From: an uncultured Acidobacteriota bacterium
GTDB lineage: Bacteria; Acidobacteriota; UBA6911
Reading direction: 5' to 3'
NCBI GenBank assembly: GCA_963827655.1
Contig: CAWHCF010000023.1
Location: 288,001-352,000, forward strand
DNA: 64,000 nt
A program made the position numbers and the translations under genes. Each line of letters opens with the position of its first letter. Positions within the stretch are counted from its first letter, which is position 1. Shown here one piece after another: positions 40,864-51,411 of the stretch. The notes beneath the pieces were generated by a model. It worked only from the letters and a program-made list of their open reading frames with translations, did no database searches and had not been told where the DNA came from.

Positions 40864-43800
40864 CTAGAACTCGAGCTTGAAGCCGAATTGCAAGATGCGC
40901 GGATCCCGATATGAACTGATCGTTCCGAACGTACTCCTGCTCGAATTGCTGATTCCCGAGCCAGGATTGTCGCCCGAAAAGCTGGTATTGATTCCCCAGA
41001 CTTGAGGATGGTTAAAGAGGTTAAACACATCCATCCCGACCTTCAGGTTCGCCTCCTCCTTGATCTTGATAATCTTGAAGAGGGAGGCATCCCAGTTGCT
41101 GTAACCAGGACCGCGCAGCGTGTGCCGGTGCAGGCTGCCATACCGGCCATCCTGAGGCCGCGCAAAGGCAGCCGGATTGAGCCACCGGCTTTTGGTCTGC
41201 CCGGCATAAGGATCGCCAATCAGGTCGGCGAACAGACTTACGGCATCGATTCCCTTCAGATCGCCATTCGAGAAGATGCTGACAGGACGCCGGACTGGTA
41301 GTGGGTGATCCACTGATCTGCCACCTGTTTAGCAACGCGCGGCCCACCGCATTATTTGATGACGCTTTCAGACCGGGAATCTGGTAGACGTAGTCAAACG
41401 TCAAGGAATGAGTCACATCGTAGCCGGCGGGCGCCAGTTGGCGTTGATATCGAGAGGATAAACAAGGTTGTCGCTGTAGTTGTCAACCTGATCGAAGACC
41501 TTCGACCAGGTGTAATTGACGTTGAAATGGAGCCCATTGCGAACCGGCGGCTCAACCGGGCTTGCAGGCATTGTACTCGGAAGTCCCGGAGGTCTCGATT
41601 GAAGTGATGCCCCCGAAACCTCGATACGGACGCAGAGCATCCGAGTAGTTATTCACCGAGGGAAGCGCGTTGGGATTGTCGAGATAGAATCCCGGCGCCG
41701 TCCGATTGATGGCGCGTTGAATCATCAGATGTATTTCGTGGTTCCCGACATAGGCGAGATCGAGCACGAAGTCGCGCCCGAGGTCTCTCTGGATCCCCAG
41801 GTTCCACGAGTAGATGGTCGGCATCGTATTGTAGACCGGGAAGGTCGCGCCATAGGATGGAGGGGCAATCTGTCTGCCGGTGAGGCCGCTCACAGGCTCA
41901 GGGGTAATATAGTTTACATTGGTGTTGGTGACACTGAACCCCACACCGTTCGGGAACTGAGCGACGGCGCCGAAGTTGAAGTTGTTCTGACGCAGCGCTC
42001 CACGAACGTGCCGAACCGCCGCGAATGGCCGTCTTGCCGTCTCCGAACAGATCGAAAGCAAAGCTGAATCTCGGAGAGAAGAAATTGCTCGGTCGGGGCG
42101 AATCACGGTCGACCTCATCGCAGGGATCGCAAATCAAACCATTGGCGGTCAATTGGCTCAGCGCATCGCTGATAATCCTTCCATTGGTAAGGTCTATCTG
42201 CGGAGCCCGCGCAGAAGAGTATCGCAAGACATCCACGCTCCACAGCTTGAAGGTCCCTTCGTCGCCAGGCGCTCCGTCCCGGAGGTAGGTGTAAGTCGGA
42301 GCGGTGCGCTGGAAACGGACGCCATACTCGAGGGTCAGCCGCTGGCTGGCTTTCCAGCTGTCCTGGGCATACCCTTCCCAGGACTCGAACCGGAAATAAG
42401 GATAAATAGAGGCGCTGGCCTGGCTGTAACTACTGAAATTTCCCAGCAACAAGTTGGCTAGCGGAGCTCCGGTGTCTCCGGGGTTGTTTGCGCCGAGAAA
42501 AAGTCGATCTGCCCCTGCGCAGAGCCGAAGTTCGCGGTTTGCTTCTTGTTGTCCCGGTTGTAATAAAACCCGAACTTCAAGGTGTGAGATTTTTTCACCC
42601 AGGAGAGGTTTTCCGTGAAGGAGTAGTCTTTTCCATCATTGTGCCAGCCGGGCGAACCCCAGGCCATGGTGATACGCGGAATTACGTTAGCCCCCGGCGC
42701 CTGGAAATTGGGGATGTAATTGACGGTATTGGTTCCGGGATAGAGTTGCGTGAAGTTCGCGCCGATGCTGTCCCGGTCCAACGAATCGTCGCTGGGAGTC
42801 AGACTCTGTGATTGATGGTTGTAAGACAGTATGGTCTCGCTGGCCAAGGTCGGACTGAAAAGATTGACCACGTTCCACGACCAGGAACTTCCCGGCTTGG
42901 GCCGTTGCTGCGGCCCGAACGGCAATTGCGGGCAGAATGAGTTCCAGCCCAAATCGCTCCGGGAAGAAACTCGGTCTGGTCGTCGTTCACCCAACGGAAG
43001 AATGTCGATGTCTTGCTGCTCAAGTTGTAATCAAGGCGCAGCAGATCCTGATCTTTTTCAAGCTTGTTGGGGCTGGAAAAGAACCAGCGCACCAGCCCTG
43101 GATTCGGAGCTGCAGGAAAGCTGGAATAGCCTGGAATCTGCGTAAAGATCTTGATCAGGCTGGCACTCTGGGTGTTCCACATCGAAGTGGGTACGGTGTT
43201 GCCTGGAAAGGGCGTCCCTCCAATAATGTTGCTCTGGTTATCCCACCGGAGCGACCCGGGCTGGAACACCGTCCCCACGTTGAATTGGGGAGCGTACTGC
43301 ATCGCCGTGGTGGTCAAGAAGGGAGAAAAATCGCCACTCACCAGCGTTCGAGCGCTGGGCAAGTCCACGAAACTCTGCCCGGCTGCGACCAGTTGCCGTC
43401 GTGTCATTTCGCGATTGTAAAAGAAGAAGACCTTCTTGTTGGCGGTGGTCGAGACCCCGGGAATGGGCACCCAGCCGCTGAAGTATGCCGCCGAACAGGT
43501 TGTAGCGCAACTTGTCCTTGCTGGCCGTTGCCGGAAGGTCATGGCGCTTCGCATCGAAGGCATCATTTCGGACATACTCATAGAGAGTGCCGTGGAAGTC
43601 GGAGCCGCCGGACTTGGTTTGGACCGCGACCACTATGCCGGAGTTACGACCGTACTCGGCGTTGAAGCTGCTTTGCTGCATTTTGAATTCGCCGATGGAA
43701 TAGACGCTGGGTTGCGTGTACTGAGACTGGTTGTCGCCCACGTCGAGATTCGGAGAGCCATCCAGATAGAAATTGTTCTGGGAGCCCCGTCCGCCATTGG

Positions 43801-44332
43801 CGTGGAATCCGCTTACATCATTGAAATTCGTCTCAAAATCACTTCGCGTGGTGCTGGTTACGCCGGGCACGGTATTCATCAAGGCCACCCAGTTGCGGCC
43901 ATTCAAGGGCAGTTCCCGTATCTGGGTGGACTCCACCAGGTAGGCCTTCTCCATCGTGTTGGTCTGAACCAATACTGGGATGTCAGTAACCTGGACCGTT
44001 TCTGTGACTTCGCCCAGCGTGAGTTTCAATTCTCCGACATCCAGTCTGGTATTAACCTCGAGATTGACGTTGGAGCGGGTCAATTTCTTGAATCCAGGAG
44101 CCTCGACCGTAAGCGAGTAGGAACCGGGTTGAATGTTGAGAGCTTGAAAGCGTCCGTTCTCATCGGTAATGACTTCCCGAACCAGGGCGGCTTTGGTTTC
44201 ATCTATGACCTTGACGCTGGCGCCCGGGATCATTCCTCCAGACTGGTCGACTACGGTGCCGCTGATGAGCTGCGACTGAGCATGCGCGTTTGAACTCATC
44301 AGCAGTCCTGCAACTATCGATGCACCTATCAA
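40864..44332 (-). CDS. Oar-like TonB-dependent receptor with several frameshifts (sequencing errors or pseudogene)
   Basis: Consecutive fragments: ISGTVVDQSGG, LPLNGRNW, FNAEYGR, KSGGSDFHG, YAQDSWK, FSPRFSFA, YTWSKVFD, DPRILQFGFKLEF. Confidence 0.85.
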
Positions 44333-44729
44333 GAAATCGTCTTCCCTGTATCAACACGAGACCTCCTTTTGCGGCTGAGCTTTAAGGCAGAAAAAGCGTA
44401 GACGTTCCTGCTGCCTCGGAGTACGCCTTCAAGCTGGCCGACAAATTTGATTAAGGCAGAACCAACGTAACCCTAATTGTCGAATCCTTTGCGGCTACCG
44501 GTCCATTCTGACGCAGGTCAACTCACGCATCACGCAGGGGAGTGAATGTCCTATCTTTGATCCTGTGGGATTGCTTTGTCACTAACAAAAGATAGGTTTG
44601 CCACGCTTTTGAAGACAAACCCAGGGCTGACGCTGTCGCTGCGTGACAGATCCGCGGGTTAACCAGTCAGTCTGCCTTATAGCGATGAGCGCATCAAAAC
44701 AACCAGCGGGGTGTAAGATTCTAGAGGGT

Positions 44730-45695
44730 ATGCGAACGAAACTCATTCTGTGCTTGATCCTGGCCGCAGGCACGCTGGTTACGCTGAGCCGGACGCAGCC
44801 GGCGCAAAAGCCTAGGACCGAGACGAAGATCATGGTTGCACCTTGGCCGTCACCGAACGAGCGCCAGCCGGGGGACAACTTTCTCATCGATGTGACGAAT
44901 GGCGACATCGTTATGGCATCGCGGAAACCGGATGGGACGATTCGGAACCTGATCGTCCCACTGTCCACAAAGGTAAAACCGGACGTAACAGCATCAGTCG
45001 AATCCGTTGGGCCATATAGCGTGCGCTACCGCTATACCCTTCAGAACGGCCCGGGCGCGAAGCAACCCATCGAGCTGTTCGCCGTGGGGATGCCAAACCC
45101 GAGTCAGATCACGAATGTGCAAGCCGCTCCCGGCTGGCGGGTTGGCGGTATCTCGCCCGGCCCGGGCGCACCTCCCCCACCGCCGGGACGGAGACCAAAT
45201 CCACCCCGTCAGAATTGGTGGCCCCTCGGTTCTTCAGGGTTGGCACCGGGCGAAGGCGTTACAGGGTTCTCATTCGACGCCCCAGCCCTTCCGGGGTTGA
45301 CGCAGACCTACATCCAGGGCACGTACAAGGGGACGGTTCGTGAAGCCTACGAGCTTTCGGAGTGGGTACGGGAGCAGTACTACAAGGCGGTGGAGATCCA
45401 GAACAACAGCGTAAAGCCCCTTACGACCGGGCCGACGATCCCGCTTGGCCCGCAAGTGAGCGCTCAGGATATCATTCGTGGCATCCAGCGGGAGCTGGCC
45501 AACGCGCTTAACGTTCCCGAGATTGCTCACAACAACCCCGCCATCGCGAACGTCGCGAAGGCGTTCGAGACGGCCGACAAGGCTGCCGCACTCTCATACC
45601 GGCCCATGTTCGCAGGGATGGGCTCGACTCCGCTGGAGAGGGCGTTCTACTCGGCGATTGCGTTCAATCTCGAGTATCTGGAGCGAACGCGCTGA
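44730..45695 (+). CDS. Hypothetical secreted protein with Pro-rich loop
   Basis: Long ORF, signal peptide MRTKLILCLILAAG after a gaggg RBS; no family recognised. Confidence 0.7.
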   Translation: MRTKLILCLILAAGTLVTLSRTQPAQKPRTETKIMVAPWPSPNERQPGDNFLIDVTNGDIVMASRKPDGTIRNLIVPLSTKVKPDVTASVESVGPYSVRYRYTLQNGPGAKQPIELFAVGMPNPSQITNVQAAPGWRVGGISPGPGAPPPPPGRRPNPPRQNWWPLGSSGLAPGEGVTGFSFDAPALPGLTQTYIQGTYKGTVREAYELSEWVREQYYKAVEIQNNSVKPLTTGPTIPLGPQVSAQDIIRGIQRELANALNVPEIAHNNPAIANVAKAFETADKAAALSYRPMFAGMGSTPLERAFYSAIAFNLEYLERTR

Positions 45696-45733
45696 ACTCT
45701 GGTGCCACTGATCCGCTACCGGCCGTGATTGTT

Positions 45734-47278
45734 CTACGCCGCTTCGGCTTCCACCACCGTGGACGGCTGCGGCGGGAATAATTTCATCAATACGAGGTGG
45801 AGGGCCGCTGACGCGCCGAAGCCCACAAACCAGGCGTAATCATAGAGCGGCTTCAGGACCGGCACCACCAATCCAATCCACGCCAGAGTGCAACCGATAA
45901 TCGTTGCTGAGACCGCCCGCCAGTTCCAGCCGCCCGCATAGGCGTAGATACCCCGCGTGCGATAAAGGTCACCCAGCACCAGCTTCTTTTTTCTCACCAG
46001 CCAGTAGTCCGCGATCATCACTCCGGCAATGGATCCCAGCCCGCCCGAATAACCGACCAGCCATTTGAAGATGTAGCCGGCAGGGTCGGCCAGCAATTTC
46101 CACGGCTGCATCAACAAACCCATGATCCCGGTGATAAGTCCGCCGGTCCGGAACGAAATCCATCGGGGAAAAGCATTGGCAAAATCATTCGCCGGCGAGA
46201 CCACATTGGCCGCGATATTGACTGCCAGCGTGGCGATGACGGCGGTGAACATCGAGACTGCGATCACCCACAACTGGCTGAACTGGCCCACCAGCTTCAT
46301 CGGGTCCCAGAGATCCTCAACTCTCATGTGCGGGTAGATCACCACTGCGGCTGAAGTAATGATCACGCCCATCGCAGCGAAGACGGTCATGGTCGAGGGG
46401 AGCGCAACCACTTGCCCGACGGCCTGCTCACGCTGGCTGCGCCCGAAGCGCGTAAAGTCCGGCATATTGAGCGAAAGCGTGGCCCAGTAGCCGATCATTC
46501 CCGTGAGCGACGGGACGAAGATCGGCATGAATTCGCTCAGGCTGCCATAGCGCCCGGCATCTTTCATCAAGTATCCCAGCCCCTGCGCGCGCCAGATCGC
46601 CCACACCAGCAGCAGCGCCGTCATCACCAGCACGAAGGGCGCCGCCCAGTTTTCCACCAGGCGCAGCAAATCCATCCCCCGATAGATGATGTAGATGTTG
46701 AGGGCCCAGAACAGCAGGAATGAAATCCACTCGGTCGGGGTATGTCCGCCCACGGCCCCCCCCAGCAACGTGTGCCATCCCGGGATAATGGCGCGCAAGA
46801 AAACATCCAGCGCCTCGCCGCCAATCCAGGCCTGTATGCCGAACCAGCCGCAAGCCACCAGCGCCCGCATCAAGGCCGGCAGATTCGAGCCGATGGTGCC
46901 GTAACTTGCGCGCGCAAAGACCGGAAAGGGAATGCCGTACTTCGTGCCGGGATGCGAATTGAGCAGGATCGGGATGAGCACGATGGTATTGCCGAGCAGG
47001 ATGGTCACCAGCGCCTGCCACCAGTTCATCCCGGCGGCGATCAAACCCGAAGAAAGCATGTAAGTCGGGATGCAGTGAGCCATGCTGATCCAGAGCGCGG
47101 CATAGTTATAGGTCGTCCAGTTGCGCCTGGCCACCGGTACCGGCGCCAGGTCTTCGTTGTAGAGCGGGCTCGAGCGGATCGCCGCCGGATCGCGCAGCTC
47201 AACTCGGCCGTCGGCATGCTGGATGACTTCAGAGTTGCCATTGGGCGCCGCGGAATTTTCGCGCGACGGGGAGGTCAT
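45734..47278 (-). CDS. NCS1 nucleobase:cation symporter
   Basis: LYNEDLAP, GTKYGIPFPV, CGWFGIQAW, WATLSLNMPDFTR, AANVVSPA, ADYW. Confidence 0.93.
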   Translation of the reverse strand: MTSPSRENSAAPNGNSEVIQHADGRVELRDPAAIRSSPLYNEDLAPVPVARRNWTTYNYAALWISMAHCIPTYMLSSGLIAAGMNWWQALVTILLGNTIVLIPILLNSHPGTKYGIPFPVFARASYGTIGSNLPALMRALVACGWFGIQAWIGGEALDVFLRAIIPGWHTLLGGAVGGHTPTEWISFLLFWALNIYIIYRGMDLLRLVENWAAPFVLVMTALLLVWAIWRAQGLGYLMKDAGRYGSLSEFMPIFVPSLTGMIGYWATLSLNMPDFTRFGRSQREQAVGQVVALPSTMTVFAAMGVIITSAAVVIYPHMRVEDLWDPMKLVGQFSQLWVIAVSMFTAVIATLAVNIAANVVSPANDFANAFPRWISFRTGGLITGIMGLLMQPWKLLADPAGYIFKWLVGYSGGLGSIAGVMIADYWLVRKKKLVLGDLYRTRGIYAYAGGWNWRAVSATIIGCTLAWIGLVVPVLKPLYDYAWFVGFGASAALHLVLMKLFPPQPSTVVEAEAA

Positions 47279-47294
47279 GCGAGCGTCACTCCAT

Positions 47295-48299
47295 TCACAA
47301 TTTGATTATGAGCTTGCCCTGATGCGAGCCATCAAAAAGTTTATTGACCGCGCGCGGAGCCTGCTCGATGCCTTCGATCACTTCGACCCGGTACTTGATT
47401 CTGCCTTCCATCAGCCATTTGCCCAGCTCCGTCATGGCCTCCTGCGCGCGATCCAGGTAATCGAGCACGATGAACCCCTCGACCCGAGCCCGCCGGACCA
47501 GGATGTTGGCAAAATTGTACGGGCCGGGCACCGGCCTGTCTGCATTGTATTGCGAGATCAACCCGCACAGCACGATCCGCCCCTTCAGGTTGATCAGGGC
47601 CAGGACGTTATCAAGGATTTCGCCGCCGACATTCTCAAAGTCAATGTCAATGCCATTGGGGCAATGCTTCTTCAAGCTTTCAAGCACCGGCTCCTTCTTG
47701 TAGTTGACGGCGGCATCGAAGCCCAGATCCTGAGTGATCCAGCGGCATTTCTCATCGCTGCCGGCAATCCCGACGACGCGGCATCCCTTGATCTTCCCGA
47801 TCTGCCCGGCGATCGAGCCGACGGCGCCGGCCGCCGCCGAGACTACCAGGGTTTCGCCGGCTTTCGGCCGGCCCACGTCCAGCAAGCCATAATAGGCGGT
47901 CAACCCGATGTGGCCGAAGAGTCCGAAGTAAGCGGTCAGTGGAATGTTCGGGTTCTTGGGTAGAACCGTCAGACCCGTGCCGTCGCTCAGCGCGTATTGC
48001 TGCCACCCGAGCATCCCTTGAACGATGTCGCCCTCTTGAAACTTGGCATGACGCGATTTCTCGACCGCGCCGATGCCGATCCCGCGCATCACATCGCCAA
48101 TCGCCACGGCCGGCAGGTAGGTATCCATGCTTGCCCATCCGCGGTTGGTCGGGTCGAGCGACAGGTAGAGATTGCGCACCAGCACCTTACCTTCGCCCGG
48201 ATCCGGCACGGGCTCTTCGGTCAGCTTGAAGTCCGATTCTTTGAACAAACCCGTGGGGCGAGCGGCGAGCCGCCATTGCCGGTTGGTTTTCGCTGGCAT
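47295..48299 (-). CDS. NADP-dependent oxidoreductase (MDR, prostaglandin-reductase/CurA-like)
   Basis: LAARPTG, YLSLDP, SAAAGAVGS, FENVGG, CGLISQY; start MPAKTN. Confidence 0.93.
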   Translation of the reverse strand: MPAKTNRQWRLAARPTGLFKESDFKLTEEPVPDPGEGKVLVRNLYLSLDPTNRGWASMDTYLPAVAIGDVMRGIGIGAVEKSRHAKFQEGDIVQGMLGWQQYALSDGTGLTVLPKNPNIPLTAYFGLFGHIGLTAYYGLLDVGRPKAGETLVVSAAAGAVGSIAGQIGKIKGCRVVGIAGSDEKCRWITQDLGFDAAVNYKKEPVLESLKKHCPNGIDIDFENVGGEILDNVLALINLKGRIVLCGLISQYNADRPVPGPYNFANILVRRARVEGFIVLDYLDRAQEAMTELGKWLMEGRIKYRVEVIEGIEQAPRAVNKLFDGSHQGKLIIKL

Positions 48300-48459
48300 T
48301 GTTTCTTCCTCCTTGATGAATTGCGCGGTCCTAGTGGGTTTGCTTTGCGGCTCTAACCACGAAGACACAAAGACACAAAGAAACACTAAGAGCACTTCGT
48401 TTGCGGCCGACGGCTGCGTCACGTCTTCGCGTCTTAGCGGTATTTGTGCCACAATGAAA

Positions 48460-50127
48460 CTACTGAGCCTGCACTTCACCTGGTGGCGGCGGCTGCACTT
48501 CGACCTCGGTCTTCACCTCTCCGCCGGAAGGTGCTTCCGTGCCTGGTTTCGGGCCTTTAAGCTTGGGGCGCCCCCTCGCGGCTCTGATGGCGTGGAGCTG
48601 TTGTATGGCAATGCGCATGGTTGCCTCGACCATACTGGAGAATTTATGGACTTCCTCGGAAGGCAACGGTTTGTCCTCAAGCAGACGTCGCGTATAGGCC
48701 TGGTCGGCTTGATGCAGCTGGCGAAGGTATGAAAGGAATATCACCTTGAGGTACATCAGGTGATCGACAGCTTCGAGGATTTGATGACGGGGCCGGGCGA
48801 TCAGAATCCCATAAAGGACTCCGAAGACACCGATCCCGCTCGTCAACCCCACCCCGACCCAACTATCCAGGGTGCCGCCCCTCGACAATACAAGCCCGGC
48901 ACTAACACCGAGGAGGCCGAGGCCGAGAAAGAACACTATCATGTCCATCAGAGCGGATATCTTGAAGCCGGTGCGCGCTTCCTTGATGGAAGCTTCGAAC
49001 AGATTACGGATCTTCTCCTCCGCCTTCTCCATCTCGGAAGTGTACTGGGCTATAGCGGTAGTGCGCGCCCGTAACTTCTGAAAGGCCACCGCGCCCCCGA
49101 CCTCGCTGATAAGCAGTCGAGCGACGTCCTGGTGCTCTGGTGATCCCGAGATCATGACCGATTCAAGCTCTTCTACCGCGGACGCGCGATCCATCCAGCG
49201 CAAAGCTCTGGCAAACCCCTCGATACGGTCAGGACCGGCTTTGCCCGCCGCTTCTACAACACGGGCGGCCGCAGTTCGTATCCCTACCGTCTCTTTCAAT
49301 GCCACCGCCGCCTCACGGGCGACAGCCGGATTATCATCGGTGAGTTCCTCGACCAGCAAAGGCGCTACACTTTCGACTCTCAGACTACCGAGCGCTCGGA
49401 GGGCTACGGTTCGCATGCCGTCCCGCAGCGGCGACCTGCGGAATTGAGCAATGAAGTTCCCCAATGATCTTGCCGCACGTTCGGCATGCGCTGAAGAACG
49501 GGGCGCTTTGCTCAAGGCGATGATCGCGTCATAGGTGGCATCGGAGTACTCGCCGGTGTCGACAATGTTATTGATCTTGTGAAACATGGCCGGGATGGGC
49601 ACGATGCGGAGCGCGCGCAACGTTGCCCATTGCAGCTTGGGATCCATCAAGCCGTCTTCGATCTTTTTCCATGCCGCCGCGTCACCCTTTGAAGCCAGGA
49701 TCGCCTCGCCCAGTTTGCCAACCAGAGGCTCCTCTTCTTGCGCGGCAACTTTTTCGGCCAGCTCTTTAAGGTCCGGCGCTCCGGCTGCAACCAGACTATC
49801 GAGAATCCAGTAGCGGACCCAATAGGCGGGTTCATACTGGGGATCGAGGTGACTCCGGACGACGCGTGCGGCTTCGGCGTCGCTGTCGCAAATCCTTCCC
49901 AGGGTGTTGAGCAGCCAGGACCGGGTCCAGACTAATGACTCGTCCTGTTCCAGCTTTTCCCTTCCGGGATAAAACTCTCTTTTGAGCGCATCCAGAATCA
50001 AGAGTCTAAGACGGCTGTGATCGACCGGATTCGCCTGATCATTCAGCGCGGCTATGGCTGCATTTCTGTCTGCTTCCTTGCCGTAGACAATTGACCTGAA
50101 GATATTCGATGCGGCGTCAGAGTCCAT
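48460..50127 (-). CDS. HEAT-repeat protein with C-terminal coiled coil and two TM helices
   Basis: ALRALG..ELTDDNPAVAREAAVAL HEAT units; two hydrophobic helices near the C-terminus; RBS ggagg. Confidence 0.75.
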   Translation of the reverse strand: MDSDAASNIFRSIVYGKEADRNAAIAALNDQANPVDHSRLRLLILDALKREFYPGREKLEQDESLVWTRSWLLNTLGRICDSDAEAARVVRSHLDPQYEPAYWVRYWILDSLVAAGAPDLKELAEKVAAQEEEPLVGKLGEAILASKGDAAAWKKIEDGLMDPKLQWATLRALRIVPIPAMFHKINNIVDTGEYSDATYDAIIALSKAPRSSAHAERAARSLGNFIAQFRRSPLRDGMRTVALRALGSLRVESVAPLLVEELTDDNPAVAREAAVALKETVGIRTAAARVVEAAGKAGPDRIEGFARALRWMDRASAVEELESVMISGSPEHQDVARLLISEVGGAVAFQKLRARTTAIAQYTSEMEKAEEKIRNLFEASIKEARTGFKISALMDMIVFFLGLGLLGVSAGLVLSRGGTLDSWVGVGLTSGIGVFGVLYGILIARPRHQILEAVDHLMYLKVIFLSYLRQLHQADQAYTRRLLEDKPLPSEEVHKFSSMVEATMRIAIQQLHAIRAARGRPKLKGPKPGTEAPSGGEVKTEVEVQPPPPGEVQAQ

Positions 50128-50233
50128 GACTCACCTCCGAAGAAAGCGAAACTAGAGTCTTCAGTCGTGCCGGCAGGGCGCAACAAATACCACGAGGACG
50201 CAAAGACACGAAGAAACACCAAGCCTTTTGGAA

Positions 50234-50905
50234 TCACGCCAGGCGGAACTTCTGCACGGCCTCCTCGTTGATATCCAGCCCGAGGCCCGGCAAGTCAGGC
50301 ACCTGGATCTCGCCGTCGTGGAAGGCATACATCGTCCGGGTGTTCAGCACCTGCAATCCCGGGCTCCACACCTCTTCCGGCAGGAGAGGCGGTCGAATGA
50401 ATACCAGTTCCTGCCACTCCGCCCCGATGGCGGCGGACGCCTGCAGCCAGCCGGCCAGCCGCAGCCCCATGGTTCCGTGAAGGACGCAGGGGACGTGGTA
50501 GGCTTCGGCGAGCGCGGCGACCTTGCGGCAAAGAAAGATTCCTCCGGCGCCGGCGCCGTCCGGCTGGACCATGTCGTAGGCACGGGCCAGCAGCGCCTTT
50601 TGATAGGGCTCCATCCCCCGGTACCCTTCTCCGCCCGTGATGAGGATGTCCACCTGGCGGCTGAGGCGCGCGTGCGACTCGTAATCATCCCGCGCGTACG
50701 GGCTCCTCGAGCCAATAAGCGCCGTGCTTTTCGAGTGCGCGAGCCACTTTCAGCCCGGTCTCGAAATCCCATACTTTCTGCCCCACGCTCTGCGGCGCAT
50801 GGGCCGTGCGATCGAACATGATGGCGAAGTCGGGACCGACGGCGGAGCGGATCACGCGGCACGCCTCCGCATCATCGAGCGGATTGGGCCTGCCAAATAC
50901 CTTGA
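50234..50905 (-). pseudogene. Mandelate racemase/enolase-superfamily C-terminal fragment, frameshifted, N-terminus missing
   Basis: IRSAVGPDFAIMFD, ITGGE, YDMVQPD, VPDLPGLGLDI across frames. Confidence 0.7.
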
Positions 50906-51112
50906 CGCTGTTTGCCCTACTGGCGCCGTCGGTTTTTCATACTTCACTACCGTATGGCGCAACTCGCAAACCAGGGCGAGGGGATCCCCGGTATAGGGGA
51001 CGAGCTTGAGGACCGGTTTTCCCCGGTCGCTGATGATCAGCGGGCGACCGGTTTTTTCAACCTCTCGGAAGTAGTGCAAGGCTTTTGCCTTGAACTTAGA
51101 CTTGGAGACCAT
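50852..51112 (-). CDS. Phd/YefM-family antitoxin (3' end joined to the enolase fragment)
   Basis: VSKSKFKAKALHYFREVEKTGRPLIISDRGKPVLKLVPY. Confidence 0.8.
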   Translation of the reverse strand: MVSKSKFKAKALHYFREVEKTGRPLIISDRGKPVLKLVPYTGDPLALVCELRHTVVKYEKPTAPVGQTASRYLAGPIRSMMRRRAA

Positions 51113-51360
51113 GATAAATGACCAGGTCCACCTTACTATGGTCGCATGACTCCATCAAGTCCCCTGCTACCTGCCTGGATTTGAGGATGAAATGAGCGCC
51201 CACCAGAAAACTCGATCGGAAGAAAGGACGCCGTCTCCCCCGGAGAATTACCGAGCTACACCGGCAGCATTGTCGCGGCTTTCTTTACCAGATGTCACAA
51301 ATTCTGGCGCCAGGCGCGCTAATTCTCGAACTGTGATCAGATGTTTACACAGAAAAGGAG

Positions 51361-51375
51361 TGGCATGATACTTGC
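51361..51375 (+). promoter_or_regulatory. Sigma-54 (-24/-12) promoter
   Basis: TGGCAT-GATAC-TTGC, 36 nt before the ATG at 51412. Confidence 0.7.
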
Positions 51376-51411
51376 GGCTACCCTGCCCAACCAAAGGAAG
51401 GGAGGCTCACC

